Shown piece by piece: positions 60,071 to 64,000 of a stretch of DNA of 64,000 nt (position 1 is its first letter; each line of letters opens with the position of its first letter). The position numbers and the translations under genes are program-made. Under the pieces are notes generated by a model. The model searched no databases and was not told the DNA's origin. It saw nothing but the letters and a program-made list of their open reading frames with translations. This stretch comes from Dipteris shenzhenensis (lineage: Eukaryota), in assembly GCA_047967505.1 (NCBI GenBank), contig CM106538.1. One strand, 5' to 3'.

Positions 60071-61145
60071 CTAAGTTGCTCTCAACTCGTCTTTGAATTT
60101 GGCTGCTGCGCATGGCACTTAGAATTGAAAAGGCCAAACCAATGTTGCTTTCCGCCAAAGCGGCTTGAATGAGTTTGGAACACTCTTCGCTGCCTATGAT
60201 ACCAGCAGGTTCATTGTATCCTTGTGTTATAATTGCCATAGCAACGTCCGCACTATCTGCAAGGGCTGCTTTTCTCAAAATCTCTTCATCCTCGAGAGCA
60301 GATTGAGGGTTAAAGACAGAAAATCCCTCTCGAATACGCTGCCCACCGTTAATCCCCGAGTCCTTCCCAGATTCATTTTGTGTAGCCTCCAAATGCTGAT
60401 TAGTAGCTCCATCCGCATCTAGCGTGGCTTCGATTGCAGCTGTCGCAACGTCCGTTTTTGTTTTCGTTATCTCAATACTACTTGTAGCATCCACTCCTTC
60501 GTCTTTAACCGTGTTGCTGAAATCAACCTGCCGTTTACGAGCCGCCTGAGTGCATAACCTCCAAAAACCTCTACTCAAAGACAGGTATCGGCCCAAATGT
60601 CCGACAACAGCCATAAAAATGGACAATTCCACCTCTGTTAACCCCATTCTTCCATTTACCAAACGCAGATTGCGTTCGTGCAGGGAATTCCGCTTCCCCA
60701 TTGGTCCACTTTTTTTTAGTTCTGGAAGACAGATGAATGCTCGTGCCTTGCGTAAACGCTCCTTGCTCATTGATCTCACAGTGTAAAACTGTACGTGCTC
60801 AATCTGTGTCATTAACTTTGAGCTTGCCCGACTGCCTTCATACTTAAAAAGCCTTGACGCTTCTTCATTCAAGTGTCCGTTCGCTCCCAAATGCTCCCTG
60901 AAGTTCAGCGGGGCAGCAAATTTGGAACGTTTTCTACGACACAACAAACTTACCGCCTTCTTCGATCCCCTCGAGGAGGCAATGGAATAACCAGACCGGC
61001 TGTCAATGCGTGAAGATGCATTGTAGGATGGATTTATCTTTGAACGAGGAACAATCCGTCCGCCTGGAAAGACTCGTGCATCCGAGGCTGAGCTAGCCTT
61101 TATGCCAACGGACTCAGCAAAAGGCCGGGCTATGGCAGAAGCCAT
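60071..61145 (-). CDS. Exon 1 (MASAIARPF...RRVESNL), transit-peptide-like N-terminus plus first PPR-like helices
   Basis: Lies in ORF 60021..61175; first in-frame ATG at 61145; donor TTAG|GTTGGT; phase 1 matches exon 2. Confidence 0.8.
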
Positions 61146-61205
61146 CACACATAGCTGGCGGCGACACAACTGCAATCCAAGGCAGGACGATTCTCAACTG
61201 GAGAA

Positions 61206-61238
61206 TCAGTACACGAAAGAAGGAATGGCGTTCAGCAT
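61206..61238 (-). promoter_or_regulatory. Candidate uORF (MLNAIPSFVY*), in frame with the main ATG and ending 60 nt upstream of it
   Basis: ATG at 61238, TGA at 61208-61206; transcription start unknown. Confidence 0.35.
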
Positions 61239-61899
61239 TCCTGCCTTTCAATGGAGGATTTGAAATGTCGAGAAGGGCGACCTGAGGGAAGTTGAGGAAG
61301 AATTATCAGTTGATTTTAGCAGAAGAAGAAGAAACAAGATATCATGATTTTCTCCTTTGTGGATAACATTGCACCCCATGAGGATTTGGATACACACAAA
61401 TATTACTTATAGGGAAATGAAGCTCCCAAAGGACTTCCCCCCCCACACAATGTCCTCTGAGTCTTCCTCTGAATCTCTCAAGCACTCGTGCACGCTCCCA
61501 GATCGGAACGTCCCACTCCAATCGTTCCCCCACATGTCAAATGGTTATCCTCGACTCCTATCTTGCCATGGGTAGTGGTCCGTGTGCGATTTAAAGGGGC
61601 GGCTTGGGTACTAACAAAATGCAACAATCAAGAGCTTGCATATAATGCTATAACATACTCACCACCAAGTTGCCTATTTATTTGTGTATGCCATCGTTCA
61701 TCAAGGGGGGAAATGGGGAGGCTATGTTGGCATTGGGCAAGGGGTGCAAGGATAAATGACTTTTCAAGCCTTGAAGAATTTTTTCCCAAGGGTGGTGTGA
61801 CAAGATCATGAAGGGCAAGGTTTCTTGATGGCTCTTGGGCTAAAGAGGAACAATTTCAACCTTGCTCTTAGACACTCAAGTTTTCTTTAGGGAATTTAC

Positions 61900-64000
61900 C
61901 CATACATTCGTTGCCTCCAACACAAGTGGTGGTAGAGCACAATGTTCAACTAAGGCCAAAGAAGTTTCTAAATCCCTCTAGTGTGTTAGTGACAATTGAG
62001 CAAAAGACCCTTTCTAGAGGTCATGGAGGTTGGCTCTTTCTTGTAATATGTGTCTCTTTGAAGAATGACAAAGAACTGAGTGTCTGGCAAAAGGGAAATT
62101 GGAAAAAGTAGAATCACCAAAGACTCTACGATTACGACCTTTCCATAGAGTCCATAGTGCTAGTAACAATGCAGAAGAAAACTAACTCAAACTCCTATCT
62201 GCGTGGGTGAATCCCAAAAAGCCAGAAATGCTTGCCAAAGGTAGCAGTAGAAAATCTAGTTCTCAAACACTATTGAACAAGACCCAAAAAGTCTCTATTG
62301 TGTGGACAATTCCAAAGGAGATAAGGCACATATTCCTGTGGAGCCAAACATCGGTGACAAACAATAGGAGCAATGTGTCTGCATGCTAAAAGCTATCCTA
62401 ACAGAAAGATCCCTAGCATCATGTACCACAAAAAGAGTTGTTGTCAAAGTGGAACTTTGGAACTCCAAAGATGTTGCAATCTCTTCCTCCACCACTTCAC
62501 TAGGCGATTCATGCGCCAGAGTTGATTTGCCTTATTAGAAACCGAAGGTGGGGGCAAAAGAACCTTATACAGAGAAGATACAGTAGTATGAGATAATCTC
62601 AAAGGACGGGCTGGATGAACCTGGGGAATGAAAAGTCCAATCTTCAAGCCTACCTTGAAGCTCAAGTGGAAGTACCAATAGAAAGGGCTGAAGCATGTGA
62701 GCAATGGTTTCCCACAAAGGGTGATAATGAAATATTTTATGACGGCCAAAGGAAAAGATATGCTGGTACCATCATCATGAATTTGAAACTAATAAAGTAG
62801 GAACATCTAGGTTCCTATAAAGCCAACAGAGGATCAAAGGCCTTCAACCAATGTATACTTTCAGCCCTTAAAGAATTGCCCATGCCATTCCAAGTGTGAA
62901 AGGATTGCTGGAGACCAAAGGATAGCCTTTGATCTTGCCATCAATAGTGCCAAGTAAAAAATCCCATTGAGTGGGCTACCAATAACCAAAAGCAGAGGTA
63001 ATTTGCAAAAGTAAAGAGTGCATCATGGTAGCCCAAGGTTGATCACCTTGCAGAAATTGCAACATCATTTTGCCCTTATGAGCAAGGATATGCAGATGAA
63101 TGTTGAGAATATTTATACCCCCATGCATCTTTGGCGAGCAAAGACGTTGAACTGAAAGCAATCTCAAACTTTTTTTACCATGTTTGGAATGCCAAAAAGT
63201 TTCCATAATGGCTGACATAAAGCATGTAAGGTCTACCTTGTCAAACATGATCAAAGACAAGTAAAACTAAATATATGCCACCAAAATGGATTGGACTATT
63301 CTTAGGTGAGCGTATAATGGCCAAGGTGCCAGTTTTCAGTACTCCAATTTTTTCTTCATTTTTACAAGCGCTAAGTCAGTTTGTTGATGAATGAGTAATC
63401 GTTTAGCCCAAAGTATAACCAAGATGATGAAGTAACTAAGTAGGCAGAGCAATTTCCCCCAGACATAAAAGACAATGCCAATCTTTAGAATGCAATGACA
63501 AGAGCTTAGATTTCTGAAAATTCACATGTAGACCAGCAGCAACCATGCCGTATAATGATAGAGTATCCATAAGGGAAGAAAGGTCCCTCTTAGTATTCTT
63601 TGAGTAGAAAAAGAATCATTAGCATATGCCTGAGCAACCATAGTATGACTTTTAGGAATTTCCAATCCATGCAACATGTTTGTAGCCACAAGATGATCCA
63701 TGTATTGAAGCATTCTATGTGTGGCTATTGCATACAATAGTGCACTAAGTGAAAATCCCCGACAAACTGAACAATAAAGAGTCCAATTATCAAAAATATC
63801 CCTGGACAAAATACATGCAGCTTTACTGTCATTATACAACTAGTAAATAACAACAACATTTTCGTTGCAAACGCCAAATCTTTCATGTCTATGAAATGAA
63901 ATCCCATTGAACCATGTCAAAAGATTTGACAATATTAACCTACAGTAATAACACATCTTGCTCCGTGTAATTGGCATTTTCTATCCCAAATATAGGCATT
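61900..64000 (-). mobile_element. Decayed L1-clade LINE ORF2 upstream of the gene, running off the window end
   Basis: LSALLYAIATH...AQAYANDS (RT YADD-like) and SPKMHGGINILNI (PKxxGGLG-like); many stops. Confidence 0.75.

Larger units (their letters stand above)
835..61145 (-). other. Host gene span: 12-exon gene encoding an At1g64430-like 'PPR superfamily' protein with a putative Zn-ribbon (790 aa)
   Basis: Twelve exons join with canonical GT-AG sites and consistent phases into a 2373-nt ORF. Motifs RWAPPDVKTY, VPFGKVVKCPTC, ARTHRFAT, MLARMCQL.NK and SMIEIEVEMD.DVLAAE match my recollection of the At1g64430 family. Confidence 0.88.

Noticed and set aside
60021-61175. 384-aa ORF as a stand-alone single-exon gene
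   Set aside because: It has a good donor at 60070 in phase with exon 2; the last ~16 codons are intron read-through and the TTG start is an ORF-caller artefact.
61340-61812. Possible MITE in the promoter region (TTGCACCCC / GGGGTGCAA inverted match)
   Set aside because: Only a 9-bp internal inverted match; no convincing terminal repeats or TSD.

Overview
Eukaryotic land-plant genomic DNA; the very long TE-filled introns and RTE-X/L2-like LINEs suggest a fern or other non-seed plant (inference). Almost the whole window is one minus-strand gene, 61145 to 835, with 12 GT-AG exons and a hand-reconstructed 2373-nt CDS (790 aa). It resembles the Arabidopsis At1g64430-type 'PPR superfamily' protein and has a CxxC...CxxC motif. 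Four giant introns (about 18.4, 11.0, 18.8 and 5.4 kb) are filled with nested retroelements. Intron 3 holds a young Copia with an unbroken ORF inside an older Copia. Intron 2 holds a full-length Copia and a solo LTR. Intron 1 holds a chromovirus-type Gypsy nested in another Gypsy. LINE fragments occur throughout. The most striking unexplained pattern is that Copia elements of clearly different sequence types all carry dense (C)CGTAC/GTAC motif clusters in the leader downstream of the PBS; GTAC is the SBP/SPL transcription-factor binding core. Other oddities: an inverted gag segment, an antisense foreign pol fragment directly after a PBS, a tRNA-Glu-like PBS, a prion-like Gag region, a 562-bp promoter-like tandem dimer, and a possible two-tier plastid/mitochondrial targeting N-terminus in the host gene. 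Coordinates and counts were read by eye; no database searches were run.
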